Assembly (NCBI GenBank): GCA_000002435.2
Contig: CM018792.1
DNA from: Giardia intestinalis
Lineage: Eukaryota
DNA: 64,000 nucleotides
Strand: one strand, 5' to 3'
The notes under the pieces were generated by a model. The model had not been told where the DNA came from. It saw nothing but the letters and a program-made list of their open reading frames with translations, and did no database searches. This document shows, one piece after another, positions 1 to 12,100 of the stretch (the stretch's first letter is position 1; each line of letters opens with the position of its first letter). The translations under genes and the position numbers were made by a program.

Positions 1-587
1 TCAATATTTTTCACAAGAAAAGTCTGTTTTCAATAACGCATGCAAATCTTGAGGATTGGTCTCGACGCTATAGACTCTTCGCTAGTTACTACTTACCTTA
101 CTACAGTGGTCGCAAAGATCCTCCAAGATCACACAACACGCTGCCTCTCTACCAGGGTCGTTACACTGCAAACGATGGACTCTTAATACATAAGTACTGG
201 ACATGATAACTAGTTAGATATCATGCAGGTGGAGTGCCGCTATGTCCCCAAGCTTGCTTTCTCGACGGACCCGTGTCCGGCATGCCCGTCACAGTGCGAC
301 AGCTGCTCTGGTTTAACCTTTCATCTTTCAAGGGAGGAGCTCGGTGTCATTACTTTATAGTCCATTCTTGTAAACGCATAGCAAAGTAGTAATCATCCCA
401 GAGAAAACGGACACACCTCTTACTTCGACTAGCCGCTGTATGGTGCTTTTTTTGGCACTACTGGTGCCCAGGCTGCTAGCCACCTGTTATCAACGAGTAA
501 TTACTACTAGTCATAACAGATAGTCAATGCAGAGAAATGCTTGGAAAGTTCAAACAAGTTTAAAAATACAAAGCCGTCCGTGTGCCC

Positions 588-2219
588 ATGCTCTTTGGAA
601 TCCTTTTGTTGATTTGTGGCATAGCAGAGAACGCCCATCCAGATGGAAGGGACCTACACATTCCACAAAAGTACTCTATGAAGGGCCACTTTGACGTTGT
701 CTTTGGGTCCGTCAGCCAACCGCTTGAAGTGAAGATGGACACGGCCGCCCATCGTCAAGTTATTTCTTTCTTCGATGGGCTGCATAGCACCCTGGTCCGC
801 GACACATTTTATGCCTACGTTTATACGCGCAAGACAGGCCACAGTTGTATGAGCTACAATGCGCCTGCCTTTCTCAGACCAGCACTAACAGACATGCTGC
901 CAGCACTAGCCGATTTTAGCTTCGTTGAAGAGGTCGTTGAGAATGGAATGACCCTGTATCACTACGCCTATGAGCAGGTTTTGCGGCCTTCTGAGGACTA
1001 CAATGGCACATTTACGTATAGTCGCACCGATCATCAGGACTTTTACTGTCTTCCGCTGAACTTTGTGGATGGAAAGCTTTACTGTCAGCCTAGACGTTGG
1101 GAGATGCATGGATACAATCAATGGACAGGCTCACACTTCGACTTCTACGTTCTCAGTTATGATGCATTCGACATCGATCCACTCTTCACTGATGCAGACT
1201 TTTCTACTCCCGAGTCCTGCAGTGGGAGGAATTCTGCCACGGACTTCCATCCTCGCAGCTTTATTGAGGACATATTTACCAACTTCCGAGAGCCGCATGG
1301 TAGCGACGATCAGCATGACAATATTCGTCTGAATCCGTCGCATACCTTTACTGTATCGCGCACACGGATGTCAGAAACAGATTTTGAGCTGTTTCTGCGC
1401 ACCAGGACAGGCCTTGTCCGTAAAACAGTGGAGCAGGAAAGGATTGCCAGGGAGACTCAGTACTTCTACGAGGATATTCCCGAGCACAGTGACACGTGGT
1501 ACTATTCTGAAGAGAACCAGAAGCGAGTTCAATTCCCTCGCCAGCTCGATTGGCGCGTGCGAGGGGTCATTACACCTGTCAAGGACCAGGCTGCGTGTGG
1601 GTCTTGCTGGTCGTTCGGTGCTGCAGGAACCATAGAGGGGCGCCTCAACGCGCTTAAGTGGAAGCGTGGAGAGCGTGATACCCCGCTTCTGCGTGTGTCT
1701 GAGCAGTCCATCATCTCCTGTGTCTGGAACGAGGACAACAACGGCTGCAATGGAGGGCTTACTTACGAAGCGCTTACCGCGTACATCAACGAGTTTTCTG
1801 GGCGGATTGCGTACGAGATGGACTCTCCGTATCTCGGCGTAGAGTCTCTTTGTAACGAAAGCATCTTCACGTCAGACCATGGGCGCATACGCGGGGTAGC
1901 CCATGTCAAGGAGTACGACATCGGAGCTATGAAGTATGCGCTTCTAAGCGGGCCTGTCTCCATCGCTGTGGCCGTCACGGAGACCTTCTCCTGGTATAGC
2001 GGGGGTGTCTTTAACGACCCTGCCTGTGCAAGTGGCGTCGACGATTTGGCCCACGCTGTTCTACTCGTCGGCTGGGGGACCGATGAGGTTGCAGGGGATT
2101 ACTGGATTGTCCGCAATAGCTGGTCTAACGCATGGGGCATTGACGGCTATATGTACCTTAGCATGAAGAATAATATTTGTGGCGTCCTCACATGTGCAGA
2201 CTACGTGATGGTTGAGTAA
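588..2219 (+). CDS. Papain-family (C1) cysteine peptidase with a ~300-aa N-terminal extension; cathepsin C (DPP-I)-like. The track start at 582 is GTG; the ATG at 588 gives the signal-peptide-like MLFGILLLICGIAENA.
   Basis: Catalytic Cys box QLDWRVRGVITPVKDQAACGSCWSFGAAGTIEGR. His box HAVLLVGWGTD and Asn/Trp box YWIVRNSWSNAWGIDGYMYL near the C-terminus. An N-terminal motif GSHFDFYVLSYDAF resembles the cathepsin C exclusion domain. AGTAAAT poly(A) signal overlaps the stop. Confidence 0.8.
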   Translation: MLFGILLLICGIAENAHPDGRDLHIPQKYSMKGHFDVVFGSVSQPLEVKMDTAAHRQVISFFDGLHSTLVRDTFYAYVYTRKTGHSCMSYNAPAFLRPALTDMLPALADFSFVEEVVENGMTLYHYAYEQVLRPSEDYNGTFTYSRTDHQDFYCLPLNFVDGKLYCQPRRWEMHGYNQWTGSHFDFYVLSYDAFDIDPLFTDADFSTPESCSGRNSATDFHPRSFIEDIFTNFREPHGSDDQHDNIRLNPSHTFTVSRTRMSETDFELFLRTRTGLVRKTVEQERIARETQYFYEDIPEHSDTWYYSEENQKRVQFPRQLDWRVRGVITPVKDQAACGSCWSFGAAGTIEGRLNALKWKRGERDTPLLRVSEQSIISCVWNEDNNGCNGGLTYEALTAYINEFSGRIAYEMDSPYLGVESLCNESIFTSDHGRIRGVAHVKEYDIGAMKYALLSGPVSIAVAVTETFSWYSGGVFNDPACASGVDDLAHAVLLVGWGTDEVAGDYWIVRNSWSNAWGIDGYMYLSMKNNICGVLTCADYVMVE

Positions 2220-2282
2220 ATTGCCCGGGTTGGTGAATGTGCTCTGGCCTTGGTCAAAAAATGTCCTTGCCAAGTCATAAAA

Positions 2283-4016
2283 ATGAAGACACTGGCTTTG
2301 CTTCTTTCTGCAGCAGCCTGGTCCATCCCCAGCACGCCCACTATTTACAAATGCAAGGCAACATTTAGGGCACCCTATGGCAATAACACGCAACACTTTG
2401 AGGTTGCTTTTGATCTGTCCCAGAATCGGGAGAGAACAAGCTTCTACAACAAAGATGGAACTTTAATAGATCAGGAAATTATCAACTATGACCACTACTA
2501 TAATATCCGCACGGAGCGTAACAGAACCGCTTGCTACAAGTCAACCCCGCCCTCTAATATGGCAAAGCCGGTTAGAACAGGTAACCCCCGTCCTCTATCC
2601 TATCTTGTTCCCACTCTCACCAATGATTGGGTCGACATGGGGACAGCCATTGTTAATGGCCGCTATGTTAACCACTACAGACTTAACGGAATCGATGAGG
2701 CTCAATCAGATCTTCACACGTACATCAGCACACGTGCCTTTCAGCAAGATTTTTACTGCTATAAGGACGAGTCGGTCTGCATTCCTGTAAGATGGACGAT
2801 GCGCTCGATTTCCGCATTTGGTTCTCACTTTGATCTTTATAGCCTTGACTACACTGCTTGCACAACAGAAGTCGAAGACTCTGATTTCGCAGAGCCGTTT
2901 ATCTGTAAGTTCATAGAGGATCCCGACTGGGATAACTGGGACAATGACCCAGACAACCCAGTCGGTCCTACATTTGAAGCCCTTAAACGTATTTTTGGCG
3001 GCAACACGCTTACTCGTCTTCTCTCAGCATTCTCTAGACAGAGTTCTCCCAAAGAACTTTCTAATGACCACGCGACTGCTTTGAAGGCGAACGTGGAACT
3101 CATAGCCAAAATCAATAGCAACAGCAGCTATACATTTACAGCAGCGCCAAACCATTTCAGCCATATTGACATACAGACAGCTCTATCGGCGTTAACTGGC
3201 TTCAGACGCACTAAGAGGAGGATTGAAAATGGCAGAAACTACATACAGAGCAGCAGTGGCGAATGGCATGACGTTCCTCTTTTTGACGCAGATCATCTGA
3301 AGAATGAAGACCTTCCACAGGAACTTGACTGGAGGGTTCGGGGTATCATGAACATGGCAAAGGATCAGGTGGCTTGTGGATCTTGTTGGACCTTCGGAGC
3401 CATTGGTACCATTGAGGGACGCATAAACAAGCTTCGTGTCGTTGAGGAGGGTCTGCGACACGAGCCTCTAAAGGCATACTCCGAGCAATCTATCGTAGAC
3501 TGCTACTGGGGATTTGGATCGTTCGGCTGTGATGGTGGGGACACCCTTGCAGCTCTCAAGTGGCTAGTCGAGAACAATGGAGGTCGAGTCGCATTCGAGT
3601 CGGAATATCCATACCTTGGGCAAAATGATCTATGCAAAGAGGCTCTCTTTGATCACGAATCGTTCTATTTCGTCACAGGTTATAGCGCAGTAAAGCAGTA
3701 TTCCATTCCAAGCCTCAAGGCAGCGCTCCAGGACGGACCTGTGGCAGTTTCTATTGGTATTACAGAGTCTCTGTTATTTTACTCTGGTGGTGTCTATAAC
3801 GATCCCGCGTGCCCATACAAGTACGACGACCTTTCACACGCCGTTCTTGCTGTTGGTTATGGGACAGACGACACTTACGGAGACTACTGGATCGTTCGGA
3901 ACAGCTGGTCGCCACTTTGGGGGATGGATGGCTACTTCTACCTTTCAATGAAGGACAACATCTGTGGAATCCTCACCGACGCCAGCTACGCGGTAGTTAA
4001 CAAAAGAAAAAGCTAA
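2283..4016 (+). CDS. Second cysteine peptidase, a tandem paralogue of the upstream gene with the same cathepsin-C-like architecture. The track start at 2250 is TTG; the ATG at 2283 gives the signal peptide MKTLALLLSAAAWS.
   Basis: QELDWRVRGIMNMAKDQVACGSCWTFGAIGTIEGR, HAVLAVGYGTDD and YWIVRNSWSPLWGMDGYFYL. Shares the N-terminal block QDFYC...W(E/T)M....GSHFDLYSLDY with the upstream paralogue. AGTAAAT lies 1 nt after the stop. Confidence 0.8.
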   Translation: MKTLALLLSAAAWSIPSTPTIYKCKATFRAPYGNNTQHFEVAFDLSQNRERTSFYNKDGTLIDQEIINYDHYYNIRTERNRTACYKSTPPSNMAKPVRTGNPRPLSYLVPTLTNDWVDMGTAIVNGRYVNHYRLNGIDEAQSDLHTYISTRAFQQDFYCYKDESVCIPVRWTMRSISAFGSHFDLYSLDYTACTTEVEDSDFAEPFICKFIEDPDWDNWDNDPDNPVGPTFEALKRIFGGNTLTRLLSAFSRQSSPKELSNDHATALKANVELIAKINSNSSYTFTAAPNHFSHIDIQTALSALTGFRRTKRRIENGRNYIQSSSGEWHDVPLFDADHLKNEDLPQELDWRVRGIMNMAKDQVACGSCWTFGAIGTIEGRINKLRVVEEGLRHEPLKAYSEQSIVDCYWGFGSFGCDGGDTLAALKWLVENNGGRVAFESEYPYLGQNDLCKEALFDHESFYFVTGYSAVKQYSIPSLKAALQDGPVAVSIGITESLLFYSGGVYNDPACPYKYDDLSHAVLAVGYGTDDTYGDYWIVRNSWSPLWGMDGYFYLSMKDNICGILTDASYAVVNKRKS

Positions 4017-4023
4017 AGTAAAT
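4017..4023 (+). terminator. AGTAAAT poly(A) signal of the second cysteine peptidase. The equivalent for the first peptidase is at 2215-2221, overlapping its stop.
   Basis: AGTRAAY immediately after the TAA. Confidence 0.6.
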
Positions 4024-4086
4024 TCTGTGGACGCTGTCTAATTAGTGCAATCAGGTGACTTGGTGGCGTGGTCTGAAACTTAAAAA

Positions 4087-4725
4087 ATGGCCAGTCCTAA
4101 TCACGAGTATCTCTTCAAGCTTTTGGTCATTGGAGACTCTGGAGTGGGCAAATCCGCTCTTCTTCTGCGCCTGTGTGATAAGATCTTTAATGCGTCGTAC
4201 ATTACGACGATAGGTGTAGACTTCAAGGTCAAATCGCTAAATATAAAGGACAACACTGTTAAATTACAAATATGGGACACGGCCGGCCAAGAGAAGTTCC
4301 GGACCATTACTTCTACGTACTACCGGGGGGCGCATGGGATCATGGTTGTCTACGATGTCACTTCTCGAGAATCATTTGACAATGTGAAGACATGGCTGAA
4401 GGAGATTGCAAACAACGCTAGCGATAACGTTGTAAAGTATATTATAGGTTCAAAGAAGGACCTTCGCGATAGTGCGGGTTCCATCAATGCTTCGCACGTC
4501 TCCACAGAAGAGGGGAGGAAATTCGCTGAAGAGCTGGGGATCTCTTTCATCGAAACGTCGTCCAAATCCGGAGAGAATGTTGAGCAGGCCTTTGTGGACT
4601 TGGCCGTTCGCATTATTGAGACCCAGGGCACGACTGCTCAAGGCGGCGGACGCGTTATAAACAATCCTGCAGTGGTATCTCTGTCCGACCCAGCAACTAA
4701 GAAGGACAGCAAGGGGTGCTGCTGA
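4087..4725 (+). CDS. RAB1: Rab1-family small GTPase
   Basis: G1 GDSGVGKS, effector region YITTIGVDF, G3 WDTAGQE, RabF YRGAHGIMVVYDVT, G4 GSKKD, and a C-terminal GCC prenylation motif. Close to Rab1 throughout. Confidence 0.9.
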   Translation: MASPNHEYLFKLLVIGDSGVGKSALLLRLCDKIFNASYITTIGVDFKVKSLNIKDNTVKLQIWDTAGQEKFRTITSTYYRGAHGIMVVYDVTSRESFDNVKTWLKEIANNASDNVVKYIIGSKKDLRDSAGSINASHVSTEEGRKFAEELGISFIETSSKSGENVEQAFVDLAVRIIETQGTTAQGGGRVINNPAVVSLSDPATKKDSKGCC

Positions 4726-4780
4726 TCTCTGACCTGTTTGTGCCTTGATAATATGGTGCCTCGAAATAAATTGTTCATTG

Positions 4781-5698
4781 ATGTTTGCATCGTTTGCGGT
4801 GAGCTTGGACGATGGAAGCAGCCTAAATGGCCCCGGGCTCTCCCTCTCCATGCGGCTGAAGCGAGCTGAGGGTAATCAGCTGAGAGTAGAGCTCGAATCC
4901 TCTGCCGCACTGACCTCTTGTGAATGCCGGATCAACGAGCCTGAAATGCGGCGTTTAACACACTCCATGCTACCAGAAATGTTAAACCCCAGTTCTGCTT
5001 CCATTGCAGGCTCACAACTTACGAGTTCAGCCTATTTTTCTCCAAAGCCTCTTCAGTTGCATGTGAGTAGGCCTTCTGCATACTCTGAGCCCCCAGAACA
5101 GACAGTTATCTCTCCGCCAATGATAGTGCAGCAGTCATCGTGCGAGCCGGAGCTGTCGTCGGTCTCAAAGCTTGCCGCAGTCTCATCAACTAATGAGCTA
5201 AGTAAGTGCTTCCAATCAGTGGCAAATTCAAGACTTCCACTACCGGGGCCACCTCCTTCGCAAAAGCAACAAGCACCCCCGCTCCTGTCGCCAACCTCCA
5301 GCAAGTCAAGTGAGTCAAGTGATGATACAAGCAATAGCATTAACAGCAGCACCTCCTCTGATATGAAATCACGTTCTCGCTCAGCTTCTCTTCCTCCGAC
5401 TGGACTTCAGGCAAACCCACAACCAGAACAACATCAAGCTTCTACCAACCGACAAGCTGCTGGAAGTGATACTAGTGATAGCGACGACAGTGATAATAAC
5501 ACTAGTAGCGCAGTTAGCGCATTGCTACAGAGGGCAGCCATGCCATATGCGGGTCCAAAGAAGCTGGATGTGAAGCAGGGCATTGATTTCAAGAAACAGC
5601 GCGAGAAGCTGTCTCAGGCATCCAGCTTGCCACTAGAGGCTTTGATGTCAGCAGATTTTATGAGTGCAGCCGTTTCCATGGCCAAGCAAAATACCTGA
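4781..5698 (+). CDS. Hypothetical Ser/Pro-rich low-complexity protein. The track start at 4745 is TTG; the first ATG is at 4781.
   Basis: A 305-codon open frame fills the gap between the Rab gene and the next gene. The composition is biased (S, P, Q, D runs) and I recognise no domain. Confidence 0.4.
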   Translation: MFASFAVSLDDGSSLNGPGLSLSMRLKRAEGNQLRVELESSAALTSCECRINEPEMRRLTHSMLPEMLNPSSASIAGSQLTSSAYFSPKPLQLHVSRPSAYSEPPEQTVISPPMIVQQSSCEPELSSVSKLAAVSSTNELSKCFQSVANSRLPLPGPPPSQKQQAPPLLSPTSSKSSESSDDTSNSINSSTSSDMKSRSRSASLPPTGLQANPQPEQHQASTNRQAAGSDTSDSDDSDNNTSSAVSALLQRAAMPYAGPKKLDVKQGIDFKKQREKLSQASSLPLEALMSADFMSAAVSMAKQNT

Positions 5699-5741
5699 GT
5701 TACTACTCAGCTTGCGAAGACTACGAACGTGCATATTTACT

Positions 5742-6131
5742 ATGAATAAAATTAAAATGATGGCAAACAATCCTGAGCTGGACATGTATGATAGCTGGTT
5801 TTTAAAGGTGGGAGACGCACCCATAGAGGCTCACAACATGGCTGATCTGTCCTTCACCCTTCAGCAGATAGCTGAGTTACTCAAAGACCGTACAACGGCT
5901 ATATCTCAGGGCTTTATCAATGGCACACAAAACTACAATATCTTCTATTACGACACTTGGGATAATAATAGACGGATAGTTACAGGACGATCTCATGATT
6001 TCAGTGTAGGCCTTTGCTTGGTGGAGGATCCGTCTCTCAATGCCATCTTTTTGGGACTGTTCGCATACCCTATTTTGGTAAGCGAGGCCACGCGCCAAGC
6101 TCTTCTTATTCTAGACCTGTGTGCTTCTTAA
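5742..6131 (+). CDS. Small hypothetical protein of 129 aa, possibly with a longin/roadblock-like small fold. The ATG at 5742 follows the stop of the upstream ORF.
   Basis: Open frame with a hydrophobic core IFYYDTWDNNRRIVTGRSHDFSVGLCLVEDPSLNAIFLGLFAYPIL. Its 3' end overlaps the convergent helicase gene by 21 nt. There is no clear family signature. Confidence 0.4.
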   Translation: MNKIKMMANNPELDMYDSWFLKVGDAPIEAHNMADLSFTLQQIAELLKDRTTAISQGFINGTQNYNIFYYDTWDNNRRIVTGRSHDFSVGLCLVEDPSLNAIFLGLFAYPILVSEATRQALLILDLCAS

Positions 6132-9100
6132 CTCAAAAACCATTGGTTCATTGAGCGACAACTCTGATAGATCTATTGTGATCTCTTTGTCCATTCCCAA
6201 GAAGCAATCGGACAATGCGCTGATGCAAAGAGAGGAGACGAACGGAATTATAAACTCCTGTGAGCGTTCTCTTGCAAACCCAGAGAGCCTTTTGTAGTCA
6301 ATCACTGTATCCGTCTCCGACTCAGATAGCACAAGGAACCATGTATGTGGCTTAGACTTCTTGTAGACTTCTGAGGAAAACTGCTGGGGAAACGGACTAG
6401 CTTGTATGCTGGATACGTGCTTGAGAGATATAATAACGCAAACAAACTTTCCAGTATGTTTAGACTTGTCTGGAATATTTGCTGGTCGGTTTATACGCGT
6501 TATCGTCGCTCTAATAATTAGATTAGGATATTTCATAAGCTCCTCACATAATTCTTTTCGCTGTATGCCTGAGAGTAGCTGATGTTTTCCTAGAAACTCA
6601 GTTAGCTGTTTCCTGCCCAGCTTGTGGAACTCGTCCACTAATTGTTGTAGTGTACTAATGCCGTTGGCACTTAACTTTTGAAATGTTTTCTTATTACTCT
6701 GCAGTGCATTACGCAATGAAGAAATAGAGAGCATAGGCTCCATGTTAGGCCACAGACCTTGCACAAGTCCCTGGGAAAGCTGCACCACTGTCTGTACAAT
6801 GCTGCGCGAGAGGCGCTTTGCTAACGCTATTTCTACGGTTGCAACCGTTATGCGGATTGCTGCATCAATGATGGTCACTAAGTCCAACCAGTAATCAACC
6901 ACTGGAAGCTCAAATGCTCCCTGCAACGATGAGCGCACAAGTTGTGCTTGAAGAAGAATGTGTGCTTTAAAGCTGGGCTCTGTGCATGTTATGTCGTCAG
7001 GCATGTTGTACCGTATTAGAGCACCAGAGAATTCTCGCTTGCCGTCCCAGAGATATTTTTGGAGAAGCAGAGCTGAATCCCGATCTTCGTTATGTCTAAT
7101 GGGTATTTCCTGGAACTCCTCGCACCGCACCAGCATGTCAAGATACGATTGCAGCGTGTGTGTCTCGCCTGTAAGCCAGGTATTAATAAGAGCTCCTGAT
7201 CTGGTACGGATATAATAGCGAGAGACAATCTCTCCTAATGGAGTCGGGACAGCCAGGATGTTTTTCACTTTGACATCAATATCCTGAAAATATAGACGTG
7301 TGGGTGTGTCCTGGGCCTTGGGAGGCTTTTTGTGTAGTGAAATGAACTTGTTATCTGACAGTTCAAGAAGAGCAGTTTCTATCCATGCATAGATTTCTTG
7401 CGTTATTATGAAGTCTCGCAAAGTTTTTCTATTTGCCAGCTTGATGAGATAAACTCCTGTTCTGCAGAATAGTTTAGAGTCACGGCGTGAGACAAGTCTG
7501 TGGTCATCAACTGAAGATATGCCTAGATATAGCCGGAAGGCGGCTTCCATCTCTTGTAGTTCTCTCGTGGGAGTGTAGCTTGTGTCCTCGAAGTCGGCCT
7601 TCTCTAGCATCTCCTGTAAGTTTTCTACTAGCGGATCTGGAAATATATTGTAGAACAGTGGATTGCGTCTGGCGCGAATGTATAGGAAGCTATTTTGGAG
7701 CCAATTTCGCAGTTCAAACATGGTTCTAGATCCAAAGGATGCCACTTCTGCATTGATTATATCAGGAAAGTGTGTTGTCTGGTGCTTAATGTTTGTTGCC
7801 TTTTTCTTCATCATAGCAGCTACAATAGGCGAGGTGTTTGTACAACTTATCATGGAGCTCTCGAAAGGAAAGGGCTCGGAGAAGAATTGCTTGTAGAACT
7901 CCTTCATACAAGTTTTGCAGAAGATGAAGCACACTGATTGAGGCTCACTTTGGAGTTGGAGCTCTATTCCGTTAATAACATCTCGCACAATGTCCTTGCC
8001 CATGTTCTGAATAGAAGGAGCCTGCTCTGTAAAACGCGTTAGTCCATCGACCACCGCTTCCTTGTTTGGAAATCGCCCTCCAGAGCTCATAATGTATGCC
8101 TGATCAATTATTTTATTACTCACGAGATAGTCGAAAGCATCCTCTCCAAATATTCCCGTTGCAAACTTGTCCCTAAGACGGTCGAGGGTATACTGGGGGC
8201 GTCCTGCACGTCCGGCCATTTGGATAATATCTGTCGTATCATAGTCAACATATCTACTGACAGTGCCGTCAAAGTACTCACAGCCCTTGATTATGGTCAT
8301 AAAGGCAGGAAGATTGAGTCCCCAAGCCAGAGTACTCGTCGCTACAAGAATGGATATTTTTCGGTTCAGGTACAGCTTTTCTACGGCGGTCCTGTCTGCG
8401 TGGGTCATCCCAGCATGGTGGAGACCAACCCCGTGGCCTATAGTAAGCTTACAGTCAGGGTCTTGCACAAAGCTCTGCAAGTACTCACAGTTAGACCCAT
8501 CAGAGCGCAGACACGGAGGCGCAGAGGAATCCATCTCTGCAAAGGAAATCAGTGCCATTGCAGTTCGTCTAGTTTGTCTGCGAGATGCCACAAATATCAA
8601 TACAGGAAGTCTGGGACTATACTTCTTAATGGCTGTATAGATCGGTCTGTTCATGGTGGTCATTCGCGGGGAGTAGTGCCAACCGGGGAAGCCTTGAATG
8701 TGCGTCTCAAGTTTCACGGGCCGTGCAGCACTGTTGAAATTAAAGATCCCGCTGATATCCTTTACGTTAAGCCAGCGTGCCAGGTCGCCGGTATTAGCAG
8801 AGACTGTCGAAAGAGCTATTATCCGTAGCTGAGATGGCTGGTCACTTACTCCACGATCCAGCGCTAATAGCTCCGACAAGTAGCGCATTCTGCAGATTAT
8901 GGACTCTAATACGTAGCCACGGGTTGTTCCCACAAGGTGTAGCTCGTCGAAGATCATGAGGCCAATCATTTGTATGTATTTTTTCCACTGCCACTGGCGT
9001 GAAATGGCATCAAACTTCTCTGGAGTTGCTAGTATAATATCGGCACGGTAAAGAGCCGAGGCAGCTGGTAGCGACTCGCCCGTGATCTCCATGACAGAGA

Positions 9101-12100
9101 GGTTCATGTCTTTACTGAAGCTTTCTGCCCAATCGTTATATCGTTCCCTGATGAGTGCCTTCATTGGTGCAATATAGACGATCTTTGGATACACCATTGT
9201 AGCTTCGTTAGATTTAGCCTGGTATCTGTCGCGAATGTGCTGCAAAATAGCTAGCTCAGAGCATGTTGTTTTTCCAGAGCCGGTAGGACACCCTATAATG
9301 ACATTTTCTGATGTATAAAACAGTTTGTGAAACATTACCGATTGTAATAGGTTGAAATAGCTAAATCGTCTTCGAAAGTATGACTCCGCCTCGGGCCAAT
9401 GCAAAGCTTTGATAGACAAGGGTGGAATCAGTGGTATTGGGGTGAAGGATAGATTGGTATCTGTATATAATACTGTTTTCGAGTCGTTAAGCTTGGGATA
9501 TACAACGCTGCCATCGTTGAAGACTTGATAAGACTCTTCAGTTGCAGTGAGCACAGGCTTCAATGAAACCTCTGTCCTTTGCCTGATTAAATGGCCTCCA
9601 AGCCAAAGCTCCGGAAATGTTACGACAACAAGCCTTGCTTCGAGCACCATGGCTTCAGTTGATTGAGTCGCTGTCGCTCTTGGCACGATATCAAGTTCGG
9701 CATTATCTTCTAGTTCTCGTGTATATTCGCTGTAGGACTTCACCTCCGTACCAGGTCGTCGCGGCCTCCAACTGCCAACCCTCAAAATCACAGTCGTTAT
9801 ATAGCCGCGAGAATAGGTCTGCTCCGTAAGCGTTACCCGCTCATAATGAACAGCGGAATTGGTAGTCTGACTATACACTATAACTAAGAAATCCATAGAC
9901 TCTCCGTGGATGGCCCTATTCCACCGAAAAGCCGCAGTGCATGATAGTGAAAGACGGAGAATGCGATTAGATACAGGGTAAAGAGAGGCTTTGGTAATCA
10001 GCCTGGGCACGAAGGCTATGCTCTCATGAAGCTTCTTCGCCTGGCTGCGGTCGTATATATATGTGGAGATATCATCAACGGTCATAGAGAAAAATGAGTT
10101 GGGAGATGGAAAGTCCTCTGCGTTCTTGTGATGTTCAAAGTCGATGATAAGTTTCTCCGTCAAAATTTCACCCACTCCTTGGCGCTTTCTAACTTCTAAT
10201 GTCACAAGGTAGTGATTCTTGATATGCTCCATTGATCCAACCGGTGAGCGAACAATTGGCCAAAATGGAAGAGACGTCTGGAACCAGCGCTGGTACTCAA
10301 TGCTGCTCGCCAGATCATACAGCTTAAGCGCCTCTGAAACCCTCTGAAGCACAAGTGAGGCCTCAGCAAAAGCACGTAGAATCCGAGGAGCGACTGTCAC
10401 ACAAAGGCGTTGGTCTGTTGCTAGACTCTGAACACGAAGCCTCCACTGGGAGATAAAGCTTTGAAGAATAACGTTAACCTTGTAGGGCGCACTGTCAATA
10501 TCCGCTGTATTCGTAATATTGAGTCTGCAGATGGCTTGTGAGTTGGATTGGCTTTGGAGAGAATCACGAAACTTCCGTAAATCTTTTTGTGAAAATGCCT
10601 CCGAAGCAGACACCTTGTTGCTGCGGCGGTCACTGGTTGTGTCGTTGGAATAGAAACCAAGGTATTCGAAGCTGTCCCCACTCAAGAGTGACAGCTCCTC
10701 CAGCTCTGACTTGCGCATAATGAACTTTGAAAAGTCTGAGCACTCACAAAGACATCCTAGGAGAGTGTCGTGAGTGACTCTTCCGACGACTGAATCCTTA
10801 ATGAGTGATATAAATCTGCAAAAGTTTCTGAAGGAGACGTAGTAATAGCTACAAATTCTTCCTATTTCAGTCGGAAATAGATGCTCGTTATCGGTATCAA
10901 GTGTTACGACTTTGTTGCTAGCCAAGTTGAGAATTGCGTTCATGACGCACTCCCTTAGAGTATGATCTAAGGATACAGATGTGAATAAGTTTCCATTGCC
11001 TCGTGAGTCTGACTTTGTGATCCTGGCGCCATAGAGCCATGGCATGTTGACCACACGAGTAGCTAGGAAGCTGCGTCGTAAAAGCGAAACACAGTCAGTT
11101 ACAGACGAGACGTTACCCAGGATTACTTCTGCATTGAGGATGTCCGGAAGAGCCTGCTGCATGTGGGATTCAATCGGTGACTCATTATTTAGCAGCCTCA
11201 CAAACGTGTCCAGCTTTTCTATATCGGTCAATATAATGCCATGGCCTACCTCTCCAGATGCCGTGTACTGGGGGCGCCCAGCACGTCCAAAGATCTGTTG
11301 GATATCTAGGACGTCTATATCTGTTGCCTTAGTTATCTGACCAGCGACCCCAGCAGAGAAAATATCTGTGCCTCGTATGATGACGGTGGAACATGGCATA
11401 TTGACACCCCAAGCGAGAGTAGCAGTGCAGCATACAACGCGGATCTTACTATCTCTGAAGAGTTGCTCAACAGTCTGCCTTTGGCTCTTTTCCATGCCTG
11501 CGTTGTGATAGGCAACTCCACAGCCAATAAGTTGGGACAAATCATCTTGCTTGCCACTGGAGATACTCCTCAGGATATTAGAAGAAATATCAGGCGTGGG
11601 AATGGCTCCCTGTTGAATCAGTGCGCGGAGCATATCCCCAATCAGTCTGGCAAGGATCTGTGTGCCCATGCGACTGTGGACAAACACAAGAACCTGATTC
11701 TGTCTTTGCAATAGCTGCTCCTTAACAAGAGAGACAGTAACAATGTCCATGACGTCGTGAGAGCTGTACCCCCGCATGTTGCTCATAGACCCTGAGGTTG
11801 AGGCTTGGGAATCTGTCCTCTTTGATAGCACATGAGTCATCTTGCTCTGGAACTTCTCCAGTATCTCATGCTCAGACTCAACTAGTCCCTTTACTACAGG
11901 GAAACAGTGTGGTCTGGAAACAGAACAGAAAGCACGCATTTGCTTTGAAAGTGGCTGGTTGTTAAGCTCGTCGGGTGCGTACTTTTGCATGTAATAATAG
12001 ACGTCTGAGAGTTGCAGAGGATCGCTGGGATCGGAACTGCTTTGAGTGGTCAGACGATTGAGTTTCTCCTGGTTGACTGTGAGCTGAGGCTTTATGCCAA

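Noticed and set aside
3-212. Open frame running in from the left window edge (…LEDWSRRYRLFASYYLPYYSGRKDPP…-stop at about 212)
   Set aside because: Only 70 codons are visible with no motif, so a partial upstream gene cannot be told apart from a chance ORF on the sequence in view. It is noted but not annotated.
582-587. Track start codons at GTG/TTG (582, 2250, 4745, 17895, 21296, 35998, 41692, 52952, 53265, 55067, 56949...)
   Set aside because: The ORF finder accepted alternative initiators. In each case a nearby in-frame ATG with an AT-rich upstream context, or a signal peptide, gives the biologically sensible start, except for the VSP cassettes, which have none.
8220-8828. 202-aa plus-strand ORF inside the helicase gene (and similar internal ORFs at 7487-7937, 14139-14614, 18218-18724, 27251-27478, 40190-40561, etc.)
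   Set aside because: They are fully nested antisense or out-of-frame within long, motif-bearing genes. They are compositionally unremarkable and many use non-ATG starts.
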